DNA of 64,000 nt, taken from assembly GCA_034006945.1 (NCBI GenBank), contig JAVERV010000005.1, forward strand, positions 52,244-116,243, in the 5' to 3' direction. A program made the translations under genes and the position numbers. Positions 41,456 to 51,027 of this stretch are shown one piece after another. The notes under the pieces are model-generated. The model did no database searches and had not been told where the DNA came from. It worked only from the letters and a program-made list of their open reading frames with translations. The stretch comes from Desulfobacterium sp. Its GTDB lineage: Bacteria > Desulfobacterota > Desulfobacteria > Desulfobacterales > Desulfobacteraceae. Positions within the stretch are counted from its first letter, which is position 1; each line of letters opens with the position of its first letter.

Positions 41456-43525
41456 ATGACTGAACAAATCGACAAAATGAGAAATTTATCCCTGGCAGGT
41501 CATGGAGGTGCGGGTAAAACTTCTTTGGCTGAAGCAATGCTCTTTAAGGCAGGTGTTTTAACCCGGCTTGGAAGGGTTGAAGAGGGCAACACCGCCATGG
41601 ACTTTCAGCCTGAAGAAGTGAAAAAACAGCAAAGCGTGAGCTCGTCCTTTCACAAACTCTCCTGGAAAAAGCATTCCATTACGCTGATGGACACCCCGGG
41701 TGATCAGAATTTTTTTTCATCTGCAAAAATCTGCATGCCTGCGTCCGACGCCGTAATTATTCTGGTGGACGGAGTTGACGGACCTTCAGCCATGACCGAA
41801 GAGGCTGCCGCCTGTGTAGCCGCCCACAAACTTCCCTGCGTGCTTTTTATCAACAAGCTCGACCGTGAACGTTCCGACTTTGAGGCAGCCGTTGCAGCCT
41901 CAGCTTCATCGTTGAAGCTAAAGACAGTCATCACCCACCTTCCCATTGGTGTTGCAGAAGAATTCAAGGGACTGGTGGATGTGCTATCCAACAAGGGCTA
42001 TGTATACGACGACGCAGGCAAGGTTGAAATCATTGACGTTCCTTCTGAAATGACAGATGACGTGGCCCTTGCCCGGGAGGCCTTCATCGAAAGCGTGGCG
42101 GAATTTGACGACGACCTTCTTGAAAGCTATCTTGAGGGCGAAACCATACCCCAGGAAAACCTTATAAAGATTTTTAAACAGGCATTCCATTCGGGTGAAC
42201 TTGTCCCTGTGATCGGCGGGTCTGCGACAAAGCCTGTGGGCATTGATCTGCTGCTGGACTTTATCAACGATTATCTTCCATCCCCAAAAGATAGGGGGCC
42301 ATGGACGGTCCTTGATGAAAACAAAGCAGAGGTTCAAATAGCTCCTGATCCAGATGCCCCGTTCTGCGGGTTTGTGTTCAATACCATTGTCGACCCCTAT
42401 GCCGGAAGACTTTCATTGATCCGGGTCATCTCGGGCACCCTTGGAAAAGAGGGCAATTTCCTCAACGTCAACAAGGACACCAAAGAACGGTACACCCAGC
42501 TTCTGGAGATCCTGGGCAAAGAGCAGAAACCAGTCCAGGAAGCGTTACCAGGCTCCATCGTGGCCGTTGCCAAATTAAAAGAGACCAAGACCGGTGACAC
42601 CCTCACAGTTGACCAGCATCTCAAAATCACCCCCCCTGCCCCCATGGCTCCGGTAATTTCCTTTGCTGTATCATCCAAGGAAAAGGGGGATGAGGACAAG
42701 ATCCACGGGGCCTTGAGAAAAATCATGGAAGAAGACACGGCCCTTCAACTCAAGAGAGAGGTCGAGACAAACGAAACCATTCTTTCCGGTCGGGGCCTTG
42801 TTCACATCGAAACCACCATTGAAAAGATCAAGCGTAAATTCAACGTTGAAATGATCATTTCAACCCCAAAGGTTCCCTACAGAGAGACCTTTAAAAAGAA
42901 GATAAGGGTCCAGGGACGTCACAAGAAACAGTCCGGAGGTCACGGTCAGTTCGGCGACTGCTGGATTGTTCTCGAGCCTCTGCCCAAGGGATCAGGATTT
43001 GAATTTGTGGACAAGATCGTTGGCGGTTCGATTCCCAAGACCTATATCCCAGCCGTTGAAAAGGGTGTTTTCGAAGCCTCCCAAAAGGGTATTCTTGCAG
43101 GTTTTCCCTGTGTGGATTTCAGGGTCACAGTGGATGACGGCTCCTACCATTCCGTGGACTCATCTGAAATGGCGTTCAAGATAGCAGGTTCCATTGCCTT
43201 TAAAAAGGCGGCCGAAGGTGCAAAACCCACCCTACTAGAGCCGATCATGAAGATCTCCATCCTGATTCCCGATGAATACACCGGGGACATCATGGGCGAT
43301 CTTAACTCAAGACGGGGCCGGGTCCTCGGCATGGACACCGAGGGCGATAAGCAGGTGATCAATGCCCACGTTCCCATGGCCGAGATTTTGAGGTATGCGC
43401 CGGACCTACGCTCCATGACGGGTGGAAGGGGTACTTTCCACATGGAGTTTGACCATTACGATGAGGTGCCAGGGGAGCTTTCCGCCAAGGTGCTGGAAAA
43501 GATTATTGCCGAACGTGAAGAGTAG
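41456..43525 (+). CDS. fusA: Elongation factor G paralogue (EF-G2-like)
   Basis: Full five-domain EF-G; GHGGAGKTS, NKLD, KQSGGHGQFG, GSYHSVDSSEMAF; divergent G2 and G3 motifs; not in an rpsL-rpsG operon. Confidence 0.93.
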   Translation: MTEQIDKMRNLSLAGHGGAGKTSLAEAMLFKAGVLTRLGRVEEGNTAMDFQPEEVKKQQSVSSSFHKLSWKKHSITLMDTPGDQNFFSSAKICMPASDAVIILVDGVDGPSAMTEEAAACVAAHKLPCVLFINKLDRERSDFEAAVAASASSLKLKTVITHLPIGVAEEFKGLVDVLSNKGYVYDDAGKVEIIDVPSEMTDDVALAREAFIESVAEFDDDLLESYLEGETIPQENLIKIFKQAFHSGELVPVIGGSATKPVGIDLLLDFINDYLPSPKDRGPWTVLDENKAEVQIAPDPDAPFCGFVFNTIVDPYAGRLSLIRVISGTLGKEGNFLNVNKDTKERYTQLLEILGKEQKPVQEALPGSIVAVAKLKETKTGDTLTVDQHLKITPPAPMAPVISFAVSSKEKGDEDKIHGALRKIMEEDTALQLKREVETNETILSGRGLVHIETTIEKIKRKFNVEMIISTPKVPYRETFKKKIRVQGRHKKQSGGHGQFGDCWIVLEPLPKGSGFEFVDKIVGGSIPKTYIPAVEKGVFEASQKGILAGFPCVDFRVTVDDGSYHSVDSSEMAFKIAGSIAFKKAAEGAKPTLLEPIMKISILIPDEYTGDIMGDLNSRRGRVLGMDTEGDKQVINAHVPMAEILRYAPDLRSMTGGRGTFHMEFDHYDEVPGELSAKVLEKIIAEREE

Positions 43526-43530
43526 ATAAT

Positions 43531-43717
43531 TGTCGGGTTTCGTTCCTCGACCCGATCTGCGAAATGTAGAGACGCCCCGACTGGGCGTCTCTACTGCTCT
43601 TTAGCTGTTAGCTAACGGCTATCGAGCCATAAAGGGCGACCGCAAGGAATCGCCCCTACAACTCGGCATATTTTATCGAGTTTCATGCTTCGTGGTGTCC
43701 GTCAGGGTATGGGGGTT
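43531..43717 (-). repeat. Cluster of three REP-like hairpins plus a modular-repeat head
   Basis: TGTCGGGTTTCGTTCCTCGACCCGATCTGC (43531-60); GTAGAGACGCCC-CGACT-GGGCGTCTCTAC (43566-94); AGGGCGACCGCAAGGAATCGCCCCTAC (43633-59); head reverse complement GAGTTTCATGCTTCGTGGTGTCCGTCAGGGTATGGGGGTT (43678-717). Confidence 0.85.
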
Positions 43718-43724
43718 CTATAGA

Positions 43725-45041
43725 ATGAAAACCTTGTTTCAAATCATGCTGATAATTTGTTGCACCTGTGTTCTGATTTTTCTTGCCGTTTATTTTTCCA
43801 CCCAAGAACGAAAAGAATCCAGCATTCAGATTGTCCTTGCCCATGATAAAGGCATCATGCCGTCGTTCCAAAACAGCTTTACCCTTCAGGGGCAAGCAGC
43901 AAAAAAAGCCCTTGGAACGGGGTTTGTCCCGGAACCCTCCCAGACAACCGACCTCTTTGTCAGCCGAATGATGGCGGCCCTTCCCACCGACGAAGCCCCT
44001 GGATTGTTTACCTGGTGGTCTTCAACCAGGGTAAAACCCCTTGTTGACCAGGGCCTGGTGGATGATCTAACCCATTTATGGGACAAGTATAGAAACGAGT
44101 ATGACAACGCCATCCGTGACGCCTACACCTTTGAAGGCAAGGTATATGGATTCCCCTACTCCATTGAGTACTGGGCTGTGTGGTACAACAAAAAGATATT
44201 TCACAGGCTGAACCTTGAAGAACCCGGGACTTTTGGTGAATTCATGACCATATGTGAGACCCTCAAGGCCAATGGTATCCCGCCCCTTCTCTCCTCCCTC
44301 CAGGACGAGTGGTATTCTTTTGTATGGTTTATACAGATGGTCATTGGTGAGGATCCCGATTTTTACGTTGACCTCTGTGAGGGCCGGGCAAGCTATCTCG
44401 ACCCAAGGGCCCAAAAGGCCATGGCTGTGTGGGGTGAGATGATCAGCAAAGGGTATTTCACAGACCCCGGGACCAATATGTTCACCAACGGCGGCCATCT
44501 TTGGAACCGAGAAAAATTTGCCATGATTCTATGCGGTTCCTGGTACTACTCCACCGTGCTCGTACCCCAGGGGGTGGATGAAGAAAACATCGGCGTATTC
44601 ATTCTTCCCTCCCACAATATGGTGGCTGGAAAAAACATTGTCATGGAAACAGGACCCGTATTGACGGCTGCCCAGGCCCCTTCAAACAAAGAGGCGCTCA
44701 AGATTGCCGACTGGTGGATGGGATCTGAGGGAAACGCCCATTTTTCAAGGGTATTTGGATCCTACGCCCCCAACCGCCAAACCGATCAAAGCTATCTCCC
44801 CCTGGCAAAGCAGACATTGCTTACCCGAATTTATGCTGAAGAGTACAGGATACTCAACCGCTACTGGGAGGCAACACCTGCACCAATTTGCGAATTTGCG
44901 GTTAAAAAATTTGGAGAATTCACCCTCAATCCCCATGCCGCCCTTCAAGTGCTGTCTGAAATTGACAGAATGGCCCGGGACTATTTTGCTGAAATTCCCT
45001 GGCAGAACAAGGTGTCACAGAATCAAGGCTCCTGTGAATGA
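43725..45041 (+). CDS. Sugar-type ABC solute-binding protein (family 1)
   Basis: N-terminal TM anchor; GKVYGFP, WYNKKIF..L..EEP.TF.EF...C..LK. Confidence 0.8.
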   Translation: MKTLFQIMLIICCTCVLIFLAVYFSTQERKESSIQIVLAHDKGIMPSFQNSFTLQGQAAKKALGTGFVPEPSQTTDLFVSRMMAALPTDEAPGLFTWWSSTRVKPLVDQGLVDDLTHLWDKYRNEYDNAIRDAYTFEGKVYGFPYSIEYWAVWYNKKIFHRLNLEEPGTFGEFMTICETLKANGIPPLLSSLQDEWYSFVWFIQMVIGEDPDFYVDLCEGRASYLDPRAQKAMAVWGEMISKGYFTDPGTNMFTNGGHLWNREKFAMILCGSWYYSTVLVPQGVDEENIGVFILPSHNMVAGKNIVMETGPVLTAAQAPSNKEALKIADWWMGSEGNAHFSRVFGSYAPNRQTDQSYLPLAKQTLLTRIYAEEYRILNRYWEATPAPICEFAVKKFGEFTLNPHAALQVLSEIDRMARDYFAEIPWQNKVSQNQGSCE

Positions 45042-46891
45042 AGATAAAAACCCGTTTTTTCATTGTTATTTCCATTGTCATCCTGGGTTTTTTCTGTATT
45101 GGAGGACTTGCCGGCCTTATGTTCTATAAGATCGGCAACCTGGCAAAGGTTGATATCATATGTACAAGAACCATACACACCTTGAAAGAACTCCAGCTTT
45201 TAAGCGCAGAGCTTTTATCCACAAACACTCTTGACGAAACATTTAATGAGTGGTGTCTTGTCCACCAGGAGCTTGTCTTAGCCATGGACGTTCTCAAAAG
45301 CTCCTACGAAGTGCACGAGCTTCTTACAACCCAAAACCAAAAGGCTCTTCTTGACTCTTTGTACGCCTTCTGGCTTGCCACAGGCCAGAAGATAGACCAG
45401 GTTGGCAAGAGTTTTGAACCTGTTTTAAACAAAAAAAACCACTCGCAAAATGGTATGATCCTCCAGTACCTGGAAGAAAAAAGCTATGAGAACCTGACTG
45501 CCAGAAACAGGACTTATGGTTTGATAAGGTATTTAAGGTCTGAGTTTCAAGTAAAACTCTCCCGGTTGCTCGTCCTTGTGGATTCAGAAATTCAGACCCG
45601 GTATTTTCGCCTATTCCTGCAAATTTCCATCCTGGGGGGGGTGATCGCAATTTGTGTCTCCGTGGTCCTCATCTCGTTTCTTGGAAAACTCCAGGCCTAT
45701 TTAAAGCAGCTCCACCTCTCCATGGAGATCATCGGCAACGGTGATTTTTCCGAAAAGCTTGAGATTCTGGGTGATGATGAATTAAGCCGGATATCCCGGG
45801 CAATAAACCTTACAACGGACAACATCCAACGATCGCACAATGTTCTGGAACAGCGGTTAGACGAACTTTTTCTGGCCAAGGAAGAGGCTGAAAAAGCAAA
45901 CCGGGCAAAAAATATCTTTCTTGCCAACATGAGCCACGAACTAAGAACCCCCCTGAATGCCATTATCGGATTTTCAAATCATATCTCCCAGAATCCTAGT
46001 CTGAACCCCGAGGATCAAAGGAATCTTTTGATCATCACCAAAAGCGGAAAGCATCTTCTCTCCTTGATCAACAATGTTCTGACCATGTCCAAAATAGAGG
46101 CAGGAGGAAACATCTTAAACGAACAAGATACAAATCTTGAGAATCTTCTCGTTGATATTTTTTCCATGTTTCATTTAAAAACTTTGGAAAAGAGTCTTGC
46201 TTTTGATTTTATCTGTCATCCAGATCTTCCCGTGAAGGTAAGGATTGACAGTGTGAAATTAAGGCAGGTTCTGATCAATCTCATCAACAATGCCATTAAA
46301 TTCACAGACCAGGGCGAAATAAAGGTGTTTGTCGGGAGAAGGGGTTCTTCGGCCATCACCTTTGTTGTCAAAGATACAGGTTATGGAGTTGAAATCGCAG
46401 ATCAAACAACCATCTTTGACCCCTTTGTGCAGCTGGAAACAGAATCTAAAACCAAAGAAGGAACCGGTCTCGGGCTATCCATCTGCCGCAACTACGTCAA
46501 CCTCATGGGAGGGGAACTCAAAGTCAAGAGTATCAGGGGCCGAGGAAGCACATTTTCTTTTTCCATTCCCGTTAAAATCTTTTCACACGGGGAGAGCTTC
46601 GGTAAAAGCCCAAATTTTGCCGTGTTCAAAAATGGCCGTTCCGCAAGACCGGTTTTCAGGAAGGAAAACCGGGAAATCCTTCTCCCGGATACGTTCAACA
46701 ATATCCCGGAACCTCTTCTTGACAACCTTGAACAGGCCGTGATCAAGGCTGAAATGGATAAAATAAACTTGCTTATAGATGAACTTTGCGGGTACAATCT
46801 AAATTTTGCAGATCAATTGAAAAAACTTGCCGATATCTTTGCCTACAATCGGATAGGTGCTCTTTTAAAGCACCGCAACAGAGGGAGTTAA
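45038..46891 (+). CDS. Membrane sensor histidine kinase (HAMP, HisKA, HATPase)
   Basis: FLANMSHELRTPLNAI, NLINNAIKFT, DTGYG, GTGLGL. Confidence 0.92.
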   Translation: MKIKTRFFIVISIVILGFFCIGGLAGLMFYKIGNLAKVDIICTRTIHTLKELQLLSAELLSTNTLDETFNEWCLVHQELVLAMDVLKSSYEVHELLTTQNQKALLDSLYAFWLATGQKIDQVGKSFEPVLNKKNHSQNGMILQYLEEKSYENLTARNRTYGLIRYLRSEFQVKLSRLLVLVDSEIQTRYFRLFLQISILGGVIAICVSVVLISFLGKLQAYLKQLHLSMEIIGNGDFSEKLEILGDDELSRISRAINLTTDNIQRSHNVLEQRLDELFLAKEEAEKANRAKNIFLANMSHELRTPLNAIIGFSNHISQNPSLNPEDQRNLLIITKSGKHLLSLINNVLTMSKIEAGGNILNEQDTNLENLLVDIFSMFHLKTLEKSLAFDFICHPDLPVKVRIDSVKLRQVLINLINNAIKFTDQGEIKVFVGRRGSSAITFVVKDTGYGVEIADQTTIFDPFVQLETESKTKEGTGLGLSICRNYVNLMGGELKVKSIRGRGSTFSFSIPVKIFSHGESFGKSPNFAVFKNGRSARPVFRKENREILLPDTFNNIPEPLLDNLEQAVIKAEMDKINLLIDELCGYNLNFADQLKKLADIFAYNRIGALLKHRNRGS

Positions 46892-46900
46892 GTCTTTACC

Positions 46901-47566
46901 ATGGAAGATAATACCCGGGCTGACATAGTGATCGTTGATGATAATCCGTACAATCTTAAGGTTCTTTCCACCACCCTGAAAAAAGAGGGGTATGAGGTTC
47001 GACCGGCAACAGGCGGTCAATCTGCCCTTGACGCCATTTACGCAAAAGCACCGGAACTTATCCTCCTGGATGTTATGATGCCGGAAATGAACGGTTACGA
47101 GGTGTGTACATCCCTTAAAGACAATGAGAAGACTCGGGAGATCCCCATCATTTTCATCACTGCCCTGGACGATGTCAGGGACAAGGTCAAGGGTTTTTCC
47201 ATGGGGTGCGTGGATTATATTTCCAAGCCCTTTCAGGAGGAGGAAGTTCTGGCAAGGGTGCGAACCCAGATTCGTCTGGGCCGTCTTCAGCATAGGCTTG
47301 TGATTCAAAATGAACGGCTTAAAAAGGATGCGAAAGAAAAAGAGCTCCTGATCCTGGAACTCCAGACGCTGATCGACAATGTAAAGGTGTTAAGCGGACT
47401 TTTGCCCATCTGTGCAAGCTGCAAAAAGATCCGAAGTGACCAGGGATATTGGGAACACCTGGAGATCTATATTGAAACCCACACAGAGGCTATTTTTTCC
47501 CACGGGATCTGCCCTGGCTGTGCTGAGAAGCTTTACGGCCACCAAAAGTGGTTTAAAAAAATTTGA
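46901..47566 (+). CDS. Response regulator with a C-terminal Cys-rich domain
   Basis: REC domain (VDD, LLDVMMP, SKP) plus LPICASCKKIR...SHGICPGC. Confidence 0.9.
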   Translation: MEDNTRADIVIVDDNPYNLKVLSTTLKKEGYEVRPATGGQSALDAIYAKAPELILLDVMMPEMNGYEVCTSLKDNEKTREIPIIFITALDDVRDKVKGFSMGCVDYISKPFQEEEVLARVRTQIRLGRLQHRLVIQNERLKKDAKEKELLILELQTLIDNVKVLSGLLPICASCKKIRSDQGYWEHLEIYIETHTEAIFSHGICPGCAEKLYGHQKWFKKI

Positions 47567-47612
47567 ATCCTGAAGCCACAATGGTCAACGACGCTTTTGT
47601 TGAGAAGCCTTT

Positions 47613-47829
47613 TTAAGACCCCTCCCCTTCGGGAAAAAAGCCACGGCTTTTTCCCCACATTTCCTGGTCCTCCATGCAGTTGAGGTTCACCGCTTTAAAG
47701 ACTTCGGCAAAATGCAGCTGGATCTCGACTTCAAAGGCCATGAGCCTAAGGGCAGCCGTCATGGAAAGTCGTGATTCGTCGACAAGATCATGGATCTCCC
47801 TGGGGTTGTGGAGAAAGTGTGTCTTTCAT
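47613..47829 (-). pseudogene. Possible frameshifted gene remnant downstream of purC
   Basis: ATG overlapping the purC stop closes after 13 codons; another frame runs about 70 codons (HFLHNPREIHDLVDESRLSMTAALRLMAFEVEIQLHFAEVFK...) to TAA at 47613. Confidence 0.35.
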
Positions 47830-48716
47830 TATTTATGTCCTGTAATACGGTCCAACACCTCTTGGTACTTGGCTGAGGTTCCGGCGATGACTTCTTTGGG
47901 TAATCTTGGCCCCGGCGCCTTCTGGTCCCAGCCGGACGAGATGAGCCAGTCCCTTACAAACTGCTTGTCATAACTCTTTTGTGTGCCTCCCGGTGCATAG
48001 GTATCCATTGGCCAGAACCTCGATGAGTCCGGGGTGAGCACCTCGTCGATCAGGATTATCTCTTCGTCCACGACTCCAAACTCGAACTTGGTGTCAGCAA
48101 TGATGATTCCCCTTTCAAAGGCAAATTCTGCGCCTTTTCTGTAAATCTCAAGGCTCAAATCCCTGAGTCTTTCCGCCCGTTCCTGACCGATGAGGTCAAT
48201 GGTTTTGGCAAAATCGATGTTGATGTCGTGATCCCCGACCTCGGCCTTGGTCGAGGGAGTATAGATGGGTTCGGGCAATCGGTCTGACTGGACAAGGCCC
48301 CTGGGAAGGGTTATGCCGCAAAGGGTGCCGTTCTTCTGGTAGGATTTCCATCCAGAGCCTGAAATATATCCCCGGACAATGCACTCCACCGGCAGGGGTT
48401 CTGCCTTTTTAACAAGCATGGTGCGCCCCTCCAGAACATTGCCATAGGGCTTGCAGACTTCCGGGAAATCGACCAGATCCGTTGAAATCAGATGGTTGTT
48501 CACAAGCGCTGCCATCTGTTTAAACCAGAAGGCGGAGATCTGTGTGAGCACCCTCCCCTTTCCGGGAATGCCGTCTGGAAGAACAACGTCAAAGGCTGAA
48601 AGCCTGTCGGTTGTCACCATTAAAAATGCTTCACCTGTGTCGTAGATATCCCTTACCTTGCCCTTCCTGACCAGTTTTAAATCTGCAAATTGTGTCTCAA
48701 GAACCGTTCTATCCAT
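47829..48716 (-). CDS. purC: SAICAR synthetase
   Basis: [44 protein letters not shown]; start 48716 or 48728. Confidence 0.96.
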   Translation of the reverse strand: MDRTVLETQFADLKLVRKGKVRDIYDTGEAFLMVTTDRLSAFDVVLPDGIPGKGRVLTQISAFWFKQMAALVNNHLISTDLVDFPEVCKPYGNVLEGRTMLVKKAEPLPVECIVRGYISGSGWKSYQKNGTLCGITLPRGLVQSDRLPEPIYTPSTKAEVGDHDINIDFAKTIDLIGQERAERLRDLSLEIYRKGAEFAFERGIIIADTKFEFGVVDEEIILIDEVLTPDSSRFWPMDTYAPGGTQKSYDKQFVRDWLISSGWDQKAPGPRLPKEVIAGTSAKYQEVLDRITGHK

Positions 48717-48994
48717 ATTTTTATCCATGCAAGCGCTCCTTAAATTTTTAAATTGGTACACAGCCGTCCCCTTTGACTCCCGTCGGAACTAACAACCAGG
48801 GGAACAAAGTTTGAATGTACCATAACCTTACCTGGTTTTCCATTCTAAATGGAAATATCCTTGCAATTAAATGTCCATATGATAATTTATTGGTATTTAA
48901 TAATGGAGACAGTTATGTGCTCTAATGTGTTGATCTTCATTAAAAAAACAATTTGGATACATCTTTCAATTTTTTAAATGGGCATTTGAAAATT

Positions 48995-50284
48995 ATGGAT
49001 ATAGAAAATTGGGATTGGGATATCGGGAAGCGCAAAATAGCGGATTTTTCCGTTTGGCAGGAACGTTTTTCTTACCTTGAGGAGCCCTATGCAACTCCTG
49101 ACGGGGAAAGTATTGCTGCGATTGTCAGAAATGACGAAGAAGAGTTTACAGTTTCTACCCAAAAATCAGATCAGGAAATAAAAGTCTGGGAGAATGCCTA
49201 TGACAAGATCTGGAACCTCAGATATGGACCTGACGCAAGGCTTTCCGCACTTATATCTGACACCGGGGAATGGTCTGTTTCAACGGATGACACACCCTGG
49301 GCCAACACCTTTGACTTTGTCTGGGACATGACCACAACCTCCAGGGGAGAACACTTAGCCGTATCTGTCCAAAAAGATCTTAAATATGCCGCTGCCGTCA
49401 ATGATACGCCCTGGACCACGAGCTTTTCCCGCCTTACCAGCATGACCCTGAGCCCTGACGGTCTGCATTCAGCTGCGGTTGTTGAGACCGAACCTTTGCT
49501 TGAAACCGAAATTTTCAAGTTCAGAAAAGGATGCTATTCGGTTGCCGTTGACGGCAAAGCCTGGAAGGAGAGCTTTATGAATGTATGGGAACCGTGTTTT
49601 TCCAGCAACGGTACCCATACGGCAGCATCGGTGAGGACAAATTATCTCGATTACACAATCGCCGTTGACGGCAAGGTGTGGAAGAAAAACTACAGATCGG
49701 TGTGGGCTCCAGTATTCTCTCCCGCCACAGATGCGGTTGTGGCCCCGGTGAAAGAGGATGGGCAATGGACCCTTGCCGACAAGGACGGAGCAATCTGGAA
49801 CACCTCGTTTTATCAACTTTGGCACCCTGTCTTTGCAGGTGAGGGAAATAGTATATGGGCCATTGTTTCACCCAAGTACGGGCTCTGGACAGTGGCCCTG
49901 GACGGAAAGACCTGGGACGCAAAATTTAACGAGCTCGTGACCGATCTTTCCCTCTCCCTGGATGGCCAACGGGCCGGATGCGTCTTCAAGCACGACGGCA
50001 AATGGGGCATAGCCGTGGACGGCAAACCCTGGCAGGGACGATTTGACATGGCCTGGAAACCAGTTTTCTGTCCAGATGCAACCCATGTGGCGGCAAAGGT
50101 GGAAATCAACGGCAGATATACACTTGTGATCGATGGAACAGTTCTTGATCGAAAATTTACACGCCTTGAAATGCCTGTTTTCAGCCGGGACGGCAAACGG
50201 CTCCTGATCAGGGGAATTGAAAAAAACATTTTCTACCGGGAAATCATTGACCTTGGTCAACTATCCGTTCAAACATCTGGTTAA
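48995..50284 (+). CDS. tmcD: Tmc complex subunit D (Trp-rich beta-propeller)
   Basis: WDWD N-terminus, repeated VAVDGK.W...W.P.FS units; first gene of the tmc cluster. Confidence 0.85.
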   Translation: MDIENWDWDIGKRKIADFSVWQERFSYLEEPYATPDGESIAAIVRNDEEEFTVSTQKSDQEIKVWENAYDKIWNLRYGPDARLSALISDTGEWSVSTDDTPWANTFDFVWDMTTTSRGEHLAVSVQKDLKYAAAVNDTPWTTSFSRLTSMTLSPDGLHSAAVVETEPLLETEIFKFRKGCYSVAVDGKAWKESFMNVWEPCFSSNGTHTAASVRTNYLDYTIAVDGKVWKKNYRSVWAPVFSPATDAVVAPVKEDGQWTLADKDGAIWNTSFYQLWHPVFAGEGNSIWAIVSPKYGLWTVALDGKTWDAKFNELVTDLSLSLDGQRAGCVFKHDGKWGIAVDGKPWQGRFDMAWKPVFCPDATHVAAKVEINGRYTLVIDGTVLDRKFTRLEMPVFSRDGKRLLIRGIEKNIFYREIIDLGQLSVQTSG

Positions 50285-50302
50285 TTATAAGGAGACGCTG
50301 AT

Positions 50303-50962
50303 ATGCACGATATTTACACTTTTGTCACAGGCCCCCTGGCATGGTTCTCCTTTGCCGTTTTTCTGGGGGGCAGCATCTTTAGATTTGTAAGCCTGTTCAT
50401 GCTTGCCCGAAAAAAAGACAGGGCAGTTTTTGAGTACATGAACCTTAAATTTGCCCTGCGATCCATTACCCGCTGGCTCACCCCCTTTGCCACTCATAAT
50501 ATGCGCATCAATCCTGTCATGACCATTGTCACCTTTGCCTTTCACATCTGCCTCTTCCTGGCACCGCTCTTTGTGTTTGCCCATGTGATCCTGATCTACG
50601 AGAGCTTTGGTGTAAGTTATCCCACACTGCCCAATTGGGTTGCGGATGTTTTTTCCATTGTGGTCATCCTCTCCTGTATCTTTTTTGCCGCAAGAAGGAT
50701 AATGCTGCCCGAGGTAAAGTATCTCACCACCTGGGTTGATATAGCCCTTCTCGTGGTAGTGGCTGCACCTTTTTTTACGGGGATCTGGGCCTTTCATCAA
50801 TGCACGGGGTTTGAAACCATGACCCTTGTCCACATTGTATCAGGTGAACTCATGCTTCTCCTCATTCCGTTTACAAAGCTGTTTCACATGTTTTTGTTTC
50901 CCTTTATCCGGGGGTATATGGGATCGGAATTCGGTGGCATCAGAATGGCTAAGGACTGGTAG
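50303..50962 (+). CDS. tmcC: Tmc complex subunit C (NarI-like membrane cytochrome b)
   Basis: GPLAW, FAFHI..F..AH, HIVSGE..IPFTKL.H, RGYMGSEFG. Confidence 0.88.
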   Translation: MHDIYTFVTGPLAWFSFAVFLGGSIFRFVSLFMLARKKDRAVFEYMNLKFALRSITRWLTPFATHNMRINPVMTIVTFAFHICLFLAPLFVFAHVILIYESFGVSYPTLPNWVADVFSIVVILSCIFFAARRIMLPEVKYLTTWVDIALLVVVAAPFFTGIWAFHQCTGFETMTLVHIVSGELMLLLIPFTKLFHMFLFPFIRGYMGSEFGGIRMAKDW

Positions 50963-51027
50963 GGAAAAGCCCTGCAACACCGTAACAGCGGTCAAAACCA
51001 CCAAATCAAATATAAGGATCGGTTTTT

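Noticed and set aside
47826-47831. Selenocysteine or readthrough at the end of purC
   Set aside because: The first stop is TAA and PurC is already full length
48930-48943. FNR/Crp-like box TTGAT-CTTC-ATTAA upstream of tmcD
   Set aside because: One mismatch in a very AT-rich region; cannot be told from chance without comparative data
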